Shown here: positions 39,851 through 52,409 of the stretch, one piece after another
How positions within the stretch are numbered: the first letter of the stretch is position 1
Layout of the letters: the number at the start of each line of letters is the position of its first letter
From: Octopus vulgaris
Taxonomy: Eukaryota
Assembly: GCA_951406725.2 (NCBI GenBank)
Contig: OX597821.1
Span: forward strand, 53,258,001 to 53,322,000
DNA: 64,000 bases
Direction: 5' to 3'
The notes under the pieces: generated by a model
Seen by the model: only the letters and a program-made list of their open reading frames with translations
What the model was told of the DNA's origin: nothing
The model's database searches: none
Position numbers and translations under genes: made by a program

Positions 39851-41384
39851 CCTCATCGCTTATATTTCATCGTGAAAATTCCACCTTCAAATTAATATTA
39901 TCCTGCATATATAATGCTCAATTAAAAACATAAAAATAAACAAAACCAAAACTAAACAAATCTACTTATTTCTTTGAATGAAATGCAAAACCAACTACAG
40001 AACATTTATATTCAAAACTGCACACGGAATTTTAAAAAAAATTGCAAAGAATAGGCAACAATTCTATTGAAGGCAGACTTGCTACATTTTATGCAATTCG
40101 CTGTAGTATTTTCAGGCCTAGGTAAACTCTTATCGCACATATTAAATTTACAGTAGCTTCGCGGTCACGCTATCGTACATTTAGGCAATGAAATACTTTA
40201 TCTAATGTGTCCGTTAGTTTGCTCTTTCTGTGTGATTTAGCTGCTATTACTACAAATCAAGATACTCCTTAGAGGATGATTTGTTAGCTCCTGTGCAACG
40301 AATATAGAGCGTTGAAATTAAGAAGATTCCATTACGTCATATGTTATTGCCTTAAGCTGATATGTAACTACTTCGAATATAAAACTTCAAAGCTTTTAGA
40401 AGTTTGCAGTTTTCCGTGAAACATCAAATGCATGAATTTTCCGAGTCATGATTCTCAGTTAATGACTTTTCGTCAAATAATTAGCTAATCAGATTCAAGT
40501 CCATAACAAGATCTGAAACATGAACCAAATTCTAGATTTAACAAGAGAAATTTTAGAATCAAAGAAATATTCTAGTTGCATAGAATTTCAAATTGAAATA
40601 TTTGATCTTTAGTTTTCAAGTTTTTGTTAAATATTCTAAATTAAAATTAGGAGAGCAAATAAAAAAACTCAAAGCTGTATTTAAAATAATGTAAAACGTT
40701 TATAAATGACAATCTTTATTGTATGAATGTGGGGGAAACAGTTATGGAATCGCAGAGTTGCCGTGAATGTATGAAGGGTAAGGGAGAAGAGATTGAAAAC
40801 ATACATCTGTATTCTGTCACTTGCAAATACATATAAAATGAAAACACTTAACATGTATCGGTAGGGTTTATAAAAAGGAAATTCTATAGGGACAAACTCT
40901 CCAAACACAGCAGAGATGGGTATGCCGTAAATATTTAGGGATAGAAAATTCAAGTGGTAACTCGCTTTTACACCTGTTCCGCACGAGCGATTATTCGACT
41001 CAGTAATCTGGAATATAGATAACTTCTTCATGCCACGAATGAATCACGGAAAACACAATATAGTCATGGATACGACCTTGCATTCAGTTGTAGCAAAATT
41101 GAAAAAAGCGTGGTAGGATTACGTAGAGCAGGGTGTAAAGCTCACAGCAATAAACAGTTGACATACAATAATTCCACGAAATAGTTTAAAAGCTTGCAGT
41201 GATATATTTCTCGACCATTATATAAAAGAAATATCTTGCTTCCATATAATTTTCAAAACATAATGAGAGATAGACCAAGTGAAAATATTTGAGATGCGTG
41301 GATATATATTTTTCACTATTAACGTACGATTTCCTTGGTAACATCAAGTATAGAAATGTTAGCTACATGATCAAATTCTTTTCT

Positions 41385-41520
41385 AATCTAGGCACAAGAT
41401 CCGAAATTTTGGGGGAGGGGGCCAGTCGACGAGATCGACCACAGCACCAACACCGAAAGGATGAAAGACAAGGTCGACGTCGGCGGAATTTGAACTCATA
41501 ATGTAAAGACAGACGACATA
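41385..41520 (-). mobile_element. SINE fragment
   Basis: CCGAAAGGATGAAAGACAAGGTCGACGTCGGCGGAATTTGAACTCA matches the 58008-58242 family. Confidence 0.75.
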
Positions 41521-41725
41521 TATAGCTATCTCTCAGTTTTTGTGACAGTTAAATTTTTTTTCTGTGAGACAATTTCTTCAATTGAATTCTGGAAGCCATG
41601 ATTGCCTGTCTAGTTTATGCATTTTGTGCTGTGTGTTAGGCATTTATGGTTCTATTTTATGCTCCAGGAATTCAACAGAAACTTTTGCTTGTCAGATTTA
41701 ATACATTTCTGTGTCACATCTGGGT

Positions 41726-42003
41726 CCAAATTTCGAAAAACAAATTTATGAATCCAAATTTGTGTAACCAAATTTCGAAATACAAATTTCGGAATGCAAA
41801 TTAATGAAACCAAATTTAGGAAACCAAATTTCGGAATCCAAATTTGGGAATACAAATTTATGAAACCAAACTTATGAAACCAAATTTACAAATTCAAATT
41901 CATGAATCGAACGAAACCACATTTATGAATCCAATGAAACCAAATTTACGAATACAAATTTAGGAAATCAAGTTTCTAAAATCAAATTTATGAAACCAAA
42001 TTT
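41726..42003. repeat. 14-bp minisatellite, consensus CCAAATTTATGAAA/T, about 20 units
   Basis: Successive units CCAAATTTGTGTAA, CCAAATTTCGAAAT, ACAAATTTCGGAAT, CCAAATTTAGGAAA, ACAAATTTATGAAA etc. Confidence 0.9.
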
Positions 42004-42285
42004 TTAAACTCTATATATTTTACTTTTGTAAATATTTTAACTGTACATCTAGTGTAGCATTAATTTATTTCTTCCTACACATTTGTTTGTATGTAGGTTG
42101 TTTATGTATGCGGATACTTAATTCATAGTAATATTTTAAAAAGCTTCATGTGTTGTTGTTTTGGGTTTGCCTCATTATGGACACCAGATCGTAACAATAT
42201 ACATATATGCATACATATGTATTTATAAATATACATACATATACATACAATCATCCATCATACTTTCCACATTACTTATACAGTC

Positions 42286-42325
<40 letters not shown>

Positions 42326-43157
42326 GTGTGTGTGTGTGTGTAGATTAAAGTATACCGTCAACACAGAGAGGAAGAGAGAAATCAGTGAGGTGTAAAAGCG
42401 AGGGAAGTCTCTAATGGAGGATATTGTTGTATTCCAACTTGTCAAGACTGAGGGAAGCATCAGAGCAAGATAGAAATGCGTCAGGCAGAGGGAATAAGGA
42501 ATACAGTTATAGGTAATATTTGATTGCAGCTTCAAATGAGAACGTTCGATGGTAATTAATGGTGAGGAGTAGTGGAAATCATCAAAAGCTGGCCAGATTT
42601 ATCAAAACTGGGAGGGAGAGGAGTAGTGATAGTGATAAAGATTTTGTTGAATATAAAGAAAATGTCAAGCTAAAGGGAGTCTGACAAAAGTGGGAGTGAG
42701 GGGGATATTTAGGAATCAGCTGATTGTAGTGGTACTAAAATTAGATTCGTAATGTTAAATATACAATATAAAATACACAAAATAAAATTTTAAAATTTGT
42801 GGTGCTAGAAAAAGATGTATCATTATTGGGAACCGAAGGATGAAAATAAAAATTTAAAACGATAGAGGAAAAATAAATCAAAGTTAAATATAATTAAATA
42901 AAAATAAACAGATTAGTGACATATATTCATTAAGTTTAGTTTTACTGAACTTACAGGGCCCAAGAATGAAGAAAACACATTATTAATGGACATTAGGAAC
43001 TAGATATACGAAATAAATTAGTGAAGAGAGCTAGAAAGATTTATAGCATAAATTTTATTAATGCGTATATAGTTCCAAACCATGAAGGCAGAAGCCTAGT
43101 GGTGTTCTATAAATTATGAGGGAGGATTGGAGGTAATTATCTTTATATTTGTTTTAA

Positions 43158-43892
43158 GGGCTAATGCAGTTTCTCACCTCTCCTTGAAAAATGCATTATT
43201 TCGGAAAAAATTTTCGGGTTCCTACATTTTAATCCTCCTTAAAATTCTGAATTTTTTCGAAACTTTTTTTCTATGTTTTACATGACGGAGATACCGAATA
43301 TGCAAAAAAACACACGTTTTCAAAATTTTAAATTCACTAAGCATATAGATATGTGTATAAAGAGATAGATATGAATGTCGTCCCGGGTCTAAAAACAACA
43401 GTAACGCCGTCTTCTATAGGACTGCCACATTTAGTTGACAAATGTATTTTATGAATAAACGGACAGGGATAAATTGATAGATAAATAAATAAATGGATGA
43501 AAAATTTCAAAATTTAAAATTGGGGTGGGGTGAAATTTGAGCCCCCATATTAAACTTTATAACATTAATTATTAAAAATTAATGTTTGTTTCTCATAAAA
43601 TGGTGCATATTCAATTTACATTAAATTATTATTTACGATTATTTAAGGTAAACACAAGTAAAACGCAAATACTTTTCAATTTAATGTTTTTGTGTGAATT
43701 TAATTTCGATTAGCATATTTTTGTCGATTCGCTACGATCTCTTTAAACAAAATAAAAAATTTTAATTGGGGTTAGGGGGTGAAATACCTTTTTTTTGCCT
43801 ATTCGTAATCACCGACATTTAAAACGGAGGAATCCGAAAAGAATTTGAAAACAATGCATTTTTCAAGGAGAGGTGCGAAACTGCATTAGCCC
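43158..43892. mobile_element. MITE / non-autonomous DNA transposon with ~43-bp terminal inverted repeats
   Basis: Left GGGCTAATGCAGTTTCTCACCTCTCCTTGAAAAATGCATT; right AATGCATTTTTCAAGGAGAGGTGCGAAACTGCATTAGCCC (1 mismatch in 40); no ORF inside. Confidence 0.9.
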
Positions 43893-44680
43893 CGAATTTT
43901 AATCACAATACTCTAGGAAACGTATTTGCTAATGCTTATATAATGCAAAGTTTTGAGAGCTCCTCTAGGTCATAACAATGGACTTCACCAGTGCTGTGTT
44001 GCAAGAAAAATTAAATGAATTTACAGTGCACAACAATTAAATATTATTTTAAATATGTACCTGTATGAAGAACAAAATACTTTGTGTTTGATGAACGCTA
44101 TAGTTGTATAGATTGTAAAAACACTTTGAACGAATATGAATAGTTACTTATGATAGGATGAGGCTTCATGCCTGTCCGGTGCGGTTACAAATTTTGAGTT
44201 GCAATGTATTTCTGATGGAAAATCTAAATTTATGAAACGAAAAATTCAAATCTCATTACGATGGTAGATTAGCTAAATCAGTTGCAAAAATTGTCAATTT
44301 CTTCCTCATTAGACAGGAAATTAGGAAATTTTATCTAGAGATCAGTTCAGATATATTACTTTAAGTGACATAAGTTGAAGGACATCCGATTAAATGACAC
44401 TTGTGTCGCAAACTTGATAAAAAATTAGTCGGAATATAATTAGACTTCCTATAAAAAAAAACACACACTAATGATGGTCATTATTAGCTGAAAATAACTT
44501 ATTCCCATATATTCAGATTTATGATTTATGACTGTAAAGTGAAATTAGAGACGGAAAACTTGGTTTGTATAAATCCATTATTCTATACACAAAATTAGAA
44601 AATGCTTTTTCAAATAATTACGAAATTACTATGTTCATATCCAATGATATAATATTTAACACGTATATCTTAAGCCATCT

Positions 44681-44750
<70 letters not shown>

Positions 44751-44751
<1 letters not shown>

Positions 44752-45440
44752 GTAGTAACAGGAAAGAGGAATTTCAGTTATCCCCACGTGGTGAGTTGTA
44801 ATGTATATAAGAAATTAAAAAAGGAAAATACGCACACTTACATAGTTTAATATAATTTTTAATATATCGACCGGTTTCGCTATCTCTATTCATGATATGT
44901 TTTACTTATTTGAATACATATTTTTTCTTAAGAAAAAAAATTTTGTCCATGCTGTGTGTGATGAAATTCACGAGTGAATATTTTCACAAGTAAATAAAGG
45001 GAGGTAATTGTTTGTCGTTATTATTTTTATTGTTGTGGGTAAAGGAGATAACTGTTGAGCTTTCGGTAATTGTAGGGCAATATATATATGTGTACAGACA
45101 GAGAGAAGTTTCAACAACCTTGTTTAGTGAGGGGGTTTATATACAGTGATGTAATCGTGAATTGAAATATGTAAAAATATAAAAGTTGGTTATGCGTGCA
45201 TATTAAGACGTGTTTTGTATTTTTCAATGAAACAAGTTTTTTATTTAAACGTTCTAGTCGAGGGATTGTGTTTTTGCACTGGTAGAAAGGAAAGACTCTG
45301 AAATTTGGTTTGATCTTATCTGCACATTTTTTGTATATGTTCACTGAGAGGAATTTGTCTGTATTGCGCAATACAGACACATTAAAAATCATATTAAAAC
45401 TATGTGTGTGCAAAACACGAAGACAGGTGGTGTACAAAAC
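44751..45440 (-). mobile_element. 3' end of a Penelope-like element: GIY-YIG C-terminus plus 3' UTR/terminal repeat
   Basis: KCADKIKPNFRVFPFYQCKNTIPRLERLNK then frameshifted ETCFIEKYKTRLN (RxxxE..FI..Y.P.LN ending); hammerhead-like motif downstream on the same strand. Confidence 0.8.
44864..44898 (-). ncRNA. Minimal type-I hammerhead-like fold with A3-U8 core variant
   Basis: Minus: ATATC ATGAATA G AGATAG C GAAA CCGG TC GATAT. Confidence 0.55.
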
Positions 45441-45570
45441 AAACAGATGTATTAGTAGAACGCTCAGGAATAGAAAAAGTCTTTACGTTCCGAGCCTACG
45501 CTCTTCTACAGAAAGGGACACAGATAAAACAAGGAGAGAAAAAAGGAGAGAAAAAAGGAGAGAAAAAATG

Positions 45571-45612
<42 letters not shown>

Positions 45613-46452
45613 GGTAGAGAGAAGTGTAATTAAACACATACATATACTTATGCGGGGCACTTTCAGAAGGTATATGACTTTAATTTTGCGGCCAAAATTA
45701 ATGCTCTGTGGCCAGCATTTTTAGGCATGGCATAAGAATGAGACTGTCTCATAATACATGTATAAATTGATTTAGGCAAACATACTTATGAAATGGAAAG
45801 ATTTTGAAATATACTGATAAAATACTACATATATATATATATATATATATTATATCAATAATGTAGAGTTTGAGATATTTAGCAGCAAAACAGAAGTAAT
45901 AACCAAATAATATTAGACTATAGCGTGCATAAGGGTGGAGCAGCTATTCTTCAAGCTTGCCATGTGCAGGCCCCTGTAATCCACCATTGAACATATAAAT
46001 TCTTTAAAAATATATTTTTTGTCGGGGGCAATATCTGAAATCTTGGTAGGTTACGTGAAAAAAGCGAAAAAAATGCAACCAATCTTTTATTACCACCCTC
46101 TGCACTATCATATGATTGATAGTAACAATTATTTCATACATTACCCATTTCATACATTACACATAATGCAAACAATTTTTGTCGGAGGTGATCATTCAAT
46201 TATATCCATCATGCTACTTGACTACTAATCTAATGTTATCGACCTGAAATTCATAGGACAAGGTGGGCGTTGGAGTGAATTGACCGTAGGACGTAAAGAC
46301 TCGGGAGAATGCCGCTATTTATGTTGTTGAAAGTGCTACCGACTCTAGCAGTTCACCGCGATAACAACAATAACAACATGATCAACACCACTACCAATAC
46401 CACCACCACCAATAATAGTAATGATGAGGATGATGATAATAATAATAATAAT

Positions 46453-46519
<67 letters not shown>

Positions 46520-46522
<3 letters not shown>

Positions 46523-47075
46523 GCCCTGATGCAGTACCAGACAGTGGTTTCCATGGCTTCTGATCTTAACTGATTGGAAGTGTTATCATGTACATTGTTT
46601 TGTCTTGGTATAAAAGATGGGCTATAGCAAATATACTGCTCAATACCAGAGATGTGCTTGTCAGTTGTTTGACCATAACCAGTTGAGCATGTCTCTTAGT
46701 GGCTGACGATACGTGCATCTCTGATCACGAGCAGAAGTAGTGGGGGAGCATCATAGCCATGTGTTGAGAGGAAGTCTTTGGAGTTTGAATAATTCACCTC
46801 TGAAAACATGGCTCTTTCGTTCAACGTCCTTAAACAACCATTATTCAGGGACCTTTTTGAGCCGAATGGGTTACTCGACCAGAAGATAATTCTAACTGGG
46901 CCCCACCTGCAAGTTCATGTGCTGATTATCTCGATATAAGATCATCATGTCGTGCACACATGGTTGTGATGCATGCGCCTAGTGTACCCTTATCAGACGG
47001 GTAGTCATGATGGGTATGCTGGGCTTTGTATATTTTACCCCAATATCACCGTAGTGGCATGCACTGCTCTCTCAC

Positions 47076-47078
<3 letters not shown>
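46520..47078. mobile_element. ~560-bp interspersed repeat, copy 1, within an (AAT)n array
   Basis: Collinear with 47177-47707 (ATGCCCTGATGCAGTACCAG...GGCATGCACTGCTCTCTCACT); flanked by (AAT)n on both sides. Confidence 0.85.
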
Positions 47079-47151
<73 letters not shown>

Positions 47152-47176
47152 GAAGAAGAAGAAGAAGAAGAAGAAG

Positions 47177-47707
47177 GAATGCACTGATGCAGTACCAGGC
47201 AGTGGATTTTATGGCTTCTGATCTTAACTGATTGGAAGCGTTATCATGTATATGGTTTTGCCTTAGTACAAAAGATGTGCAACTGCAAATATTCTACTCA
47301 GTACCACAGATTAATCAGTTGAACATGTCCCTTGGTGGCTGGCGATACGTGCTTCACAGATTACGAGCAGAGGTAGTGGGAGTGCATCATAGCCATGTGT
47401 TGAGAGGAACCCTTTGTGGTTTGGCTAATTCACCTTTGAAATGATGGATGTTTCGTTCAACATCCTTAACATTTTCTCAGGGACCTTATGAGCGGGAAGT
47501 GCTACTCAACCTGAAGAAAATTCTAACTGGACCCCACCTGCAAGTTCATGCTCTGTCTATCTTGAGATATCACTATGTCACGCACATATGGTTGTGGTGC
47601 ATGTGCCTGGTGTACCCTTATTAGACCGGTAGTCATGATGGGTATACTGGGCTTTGTATATTTTACCCCAGTGTCACCGTAGTGGCATGCACTGCTATCT
47701 CACTCAA
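47177..47707. mobile_element. Same repeat, copy 2 (diverged), between (AAT)n(AAG)n and (AGT)n
   Basis: ATGCACTGATGCAGTACCAGGCAGTGG...GGCATGCACTGCTATCTCACTC. Confidence 0.85.
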
Positions 47708-47757
<50 letters not shown>

Positions 47758-47769
47758 ATAAATACATGA

Positions 47770-48660
47770 AGCACAGAAGTGACCAATCATCAGAATGAGA
47801 TAAATTCATAATGTGTGTTGAAGCTAGAGACAAGCAGAAAAATATTTAAGAATGCCTGGAAATGAAAGAGGAATGAAAATGAAAATAGAGTACAACTAGC
47901 AAACAACATTAAGTGACATCGCATGGAGGCACTGCAAAGTTCTCGAGACTTGAAAAGAAACTACTACCTTTGTTCACAGCCAGTTCATTAATGGCAAAAC
48001 CAGCACAAATGCATTCGTAAATAATAAGAACAAGAACAACAGCAGAAACAGGACAAACAACAGCAATATCAATAAGGATAATAATGACTGCGAGCTGGTT
48101 AAAGATAAAATTCACCTTCCTGCATGAAAAGTATGGTCATGCTAACGATATTTTGCTGCGCACCACAAGATGAAAGCTATCTTTCAGCATCTACTAGAAA
48201 CAGATCGAAATTTCAAATGTAAAGTAATTTCAGAAAAGTATGTGTCCTGCGAAGAAGTAATCCATTATATTTTCTCTGGTTGCTCACTGTTAACCGAAAC
48301 AGAAAGTGAAAGTCGCAATATGGATGAGAATCAAATGGACAGTGTATCACTATTAACGAAAACTCATAGAAAATGTGTAATAGAAATACGCATCAAGAAA
48401 TATATATCTGTGAATAACGGATTGGCAACGCTCTGGGAGATGTCAGCGAAGATTAAGGCAATTCATCGAGATATTATTATGAAAGACTAGCGAGAACAAG
48501 AAATGTTCCCTAATCATTGTTTCAATTTACAGGGATGAAAATGTATCATGAAATGAAACATATACGATCCAACTATAAACGTTCTGGAAACAGAGTTGAT
48601 CAGAGTCTATCAAGTGTAAGAGAAACAATTCGTATCCTGGAAATGAGATATCCTGGAAGG
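47770..48660 (+). mobile_element. R4/Dong-type LINE relic (zinc knuckle and endonuclease remnant)
   Basis: ORF 48170-48490: CEEVIHYIFSGCSLL (E-T-I-x-H-I-x-S-G-C remnant) and IHRDIIMKD (RPDI remnant). Confidence 0.5.
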
Positions 48661-48680
48661 AGATAGACAGAAAGATGCAT

Positions 48681-48715
<35 letters not shown>

Positions 48716-49222
48716 TACATACATACACACACGTACATAGAAAGACTGATGATTGAAACATGAGAGTAACAAAGAGTCAAAGGTTTTCATATATACACAA
48801 CGGATCGTCAAAAGACGCACAAATTTACAAAGTACAAGAAAGTTACAATGCTCAATCCCTCCTGCATGAAATCGAACAAAGAGATAAACTCAATTATGAA
48901 GTGAAAGCAGAAATCGATAAAGAAACTAGAGAACGATGACGAGGACAATAACAATAGTCATATTAATAAAAATGTTTCTTGTATTTATGTATGAATATAT
49001 ACATGTGTATATACGATCTTTTAGATTCCGTCAACCACATCTTCCTGCAAGGTTTGCCATGGTGAGGCTAGAGAAGAAAACGTTTTTCTAAGCTGCCACT
49101 TCTTGAAACTGAATCTGAAATCCTCTCGGGAAGCAAACTTCTTATCGCACAGCCACGCTTACGCTTGCATGCCACGGCCACATGTGCGTGTGAGGAGGAT
49201 TTGTACGCATATATGTATGTAA

Positions 49223-49257
<35 letters not shown>

Positions 49258-50529
49258 TGTGCACGTGTATATGTGTGTAAATGCATGGATTATGAAAGCG
49301 AGACAGTGAATGTGGTAAGTAAGGAAATATGAAACATCAAAGACACTTTAAACCTTGTCAGTATATTCTATAATATTTAGATTCGCAATTTATTTTCAAA
49401 TGTTATGGAGCGTGGGTGTATATATGTCTGTAGGTATATATGTCTGCATGTATTTGTTTGGGTATAAATCCAAATGCAGCACACTATTGTTTGAACTATT
49501 GCTGCTTGCATATATTACATAAGAGCAACGGACACGAACGATTGTTGATTATATTTCAATGCATTTGCAGAATAACGAAACATCTAATGAAGGAATGTTT
49601 TTCTTTTTCTTATACTTTTAATGTTTTTTTTTTTTTACGTTTCCTGTTAAATTTTTAAAAATGTAGGCTAATTACACATACGGAACGGCAAATTGACTTT
49701 TTTCTTAGAATTTCATTTAAACGAATTGTAATGTTTATTAAGAGAAAAAAAAAAAACAAAGCAAAAAAAGCAAAAAAAAAAAAAACAGTAAATAGAATTA
49801 TATACATCTGCATATCTAAATAGTGAAATTTTTGCCAAGTAATGATTGCTGCTCCATATTTTACCGTTAATAATTAGTTTCCAAAGCAAATTTTTAATTA
49901 AAACAAAACAATGCACCTTCCTTCACAAGAAACAGATTAATGATTTTAGTACATGATATTGAAATGTAAATCAATGACAGCTTCTATGCATTAAAGGGTA
50001 TTACATATATATATATAATGCTTTTAAGTGTATTATATATGTATATATATATAATATAAATAATCTATCAATATATGCGTATGTACATACATTTGTGTAC
50101 ATACCTACATAAACATGTATATTTACATGCTTATATAGGTACAGGACATAAACAATAACGTTGAACACAATGAGAAACGAAAGCAAAAACAGAAACATAG
50201 AAACAAACTTTTTCGAGCAACGAAAAGAACAGAGAAACGAGACATGAAACATAAAGAATATTCCCCTTCTATAATTGTCCCTGTTTCAACTACACCACGT
50301 TTTTAAGGGAGGGACAAGACGTTGTTTTCGTTGAAACAGTCCTTCCCGCAAAGCAAACTTATATAAAATTTGGGATTTTTTGCGGAGGGTGAAAGTGGTA
50401 ACAGTACAGTTAGAACAAAACAAAAAAAAAAAAAAAGGGTGAGGGATGTTACGTCAAGACGAGAGAAAAATTATTATGAACGTTTAGGAAGACGAGCTTA
50501 TGAAAGGGACAGTATAAGCACGTTTAGTC

Positions 50530-50614
<85 letters not shown>

Positions 50615-51397
50615 ATGAAAAATTGTATAAACAAACTACCTAACTGGACGTAGAAACAAACGGGAGACAAACAGAAGGTCTGTAATTCTTCATCAATTAT
50701 CGACCAATTGGTAATATTCAGTTTAGCATATTTAACGATAAGTCTGAATGCTTCCCAATTGGCGGTGCCCGCAAAAAATGTTTGATTGCGGAGAATTAGG
50801 GTCAAGAGCAAACAAAACAAGCAAGACAATACAGAGTGTGATTTAGTACGGTGGACGAGAACGAACAGGCGAACGAAATACGACCTTGGGGCGTGGGGCA
50901 AGGAGCCGAGAATAGTAGGTGGTCACGTTTTGACCAGTCAGCATGAATAGATCCCGCCGTGTTCTGAACAGAAATAACAATAATAATATAACAACCAGTT
51001 AATGATGGGAATTATAAAATATCTTTAACATATGAATAAAAACAAATTACAGAAGACTCAAAAATGATCGAAACCAACTGAGTTTGCTCACTCATAAAAC
51101 CATAACATGTAAGCCTCAAGCTAATTGGTTAAAATGATTGCGAGATCACTGCCAGTAATATCGATTCACCAGACAAACTATGATGCTTAAGCTGCATACT
51201 GATTAGTCAAAGCCATATTCGAGAAATTCAGCTTATCGGAGCGTTTTGAAATGTATAAATGTAGAGAGTCAGTCATTTTACTACAGTTGTCAACAACTCA
51301 GCTCGACTTTTATTCAATACCCTTTGAAATCTAATGGTCACTACGAAAGTATGAAAGCACTAATTGAAGTTTATGAACATTACTAAATATTTTGGAT

Positions 51398-51431
<34 letters not shown>

Positions 51432-51515
51432 ATAAGATCGTTATTTAAATATCGAACTTATCAAGTGGCCAGCATGGGAATAAAAACCTTCCAAGGTAAT
51501 AATTATTATTAAAAT

Positions 51516-51887
51516 TATAATTTAGGGTATCTAAGAGATACCACCACGCTGAAAGTAGCTGCCAAAACTTGACTCTAGAGAAACATCAAATGTTCATACA
51601 GCACCAGAAGAGAAGACAAATAGACAAAATAAACTACCAATAAAAATTACTTGATAATTCCAGATCCCAGATTTCAGACCCTGCATAAGAAATGCTTTGC
51701 CTCATCAGCGGAATATACGCAGTACATAAATACAAATATATATACATATATATATACAATATACGAATACTTTCATATACGAACGTATACATACATATAT
51801 GCACACGACCAGTTTAATGTGGTTTTAGAGTCGAGGTTTGCCTGCTATTTCCAGCGTGGAGGTATCTCTCAGATACCCTAAATTATA
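51516..51887. mobile_element. Element with ~75-bp diverged inverted repeats enclosing a hammerhead (PLE-type inverted terminal repeat)
   Basis: TATAATTTAGGGTATCTAAGAGATACCACCACGCTG... (51516-51592) vs ...CAGCGTGGAGGTATCTCTCAGATACCCTAAATTATA (51811-51887). Confidence 0.8.
51657..51714 (-). ncRNA. Type-I hammerhead ribozyme candidate with canonical core
   Basis: Minus: AUUCCG CUGAUGA GGC-AAA-GCAU-UUCUU-AUGC-AGG-GUC U GAAA UC-UGG-GA UC^UGGAAU; 6-bp stem I, AUC cleavage triplet. Confidence 0.7.
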
Positions 51888-51900
51888 TTTTTAACATATA

Positions 51901-52297
51901 CTAGCAGTATCGCCCGGCGTTGCTCGGGTTTGTAAGGGAAATAACTATATAAGCATTTTTAGAGAGTTATAGCCAAAAAATAGGGAAAAAATGCATTAAA
52001 AATGGAAAAAAAATTAAAGTAAATTTCTTTTTAAATCGTTGACACATCGTAGATATTTTTAGAGAGTTACTTCCCTCATATAATAGCGAAAAAAATGCAT
52101 TAAAAGGGAAAAATATGATGGTAATTTTTTTAAAATCGTAGACTCATCGTAGAAGCGCGCTAATACCCAGAAGGGCTCGATATGACTCACGACTATAAGA
52201 TACCCGGTTTTGGTTACACTGCACCGCAAAATGTGGGAGTAGTTAGGAATCTAAATCGTAGGAGACAGACACACAACTTCACTCTTATATATAAAGA
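51901..52297 (-). mobile_element. Non-autonomous Helitron
   Basis: Minus 5' A|TCTTTATATATAAGAG; 3' hairpin CCCGAGCAACGCCGGG followed by CGATACTGCTAG|T; ~100-bp internal tandem duplication. Confidence 0.85.
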
Positions 52298-52409
52298 TAT
52301 AAGTCACGTAGTTATATACACTTACTTTGTTATATACACATTCTTAAAAGAAAATGTTATTTTGAATACAACATTTATAAAGAATAAAATATTTTTTGGT
52401 TTTTCTTAA

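Noticed and set aside
41726-42003. CRISPR-like array
   Set aside because: Eukaryotic context, contiguous 14-bp units without unique spacers, no cas genes
42350-43140. Purine-rich tract, possible PLE RT-thumb relic on minus (NCIPYSLCL)
   Set aside because: Only one short motif; too decayed to call
49026-49062. Plus-strand micro-exon encoding SCKVCH (zinc-finger-like) ending at G|GTGAGG
   Set aside because: Weak acceptor, only 37 nt and no matching neighbouring exons
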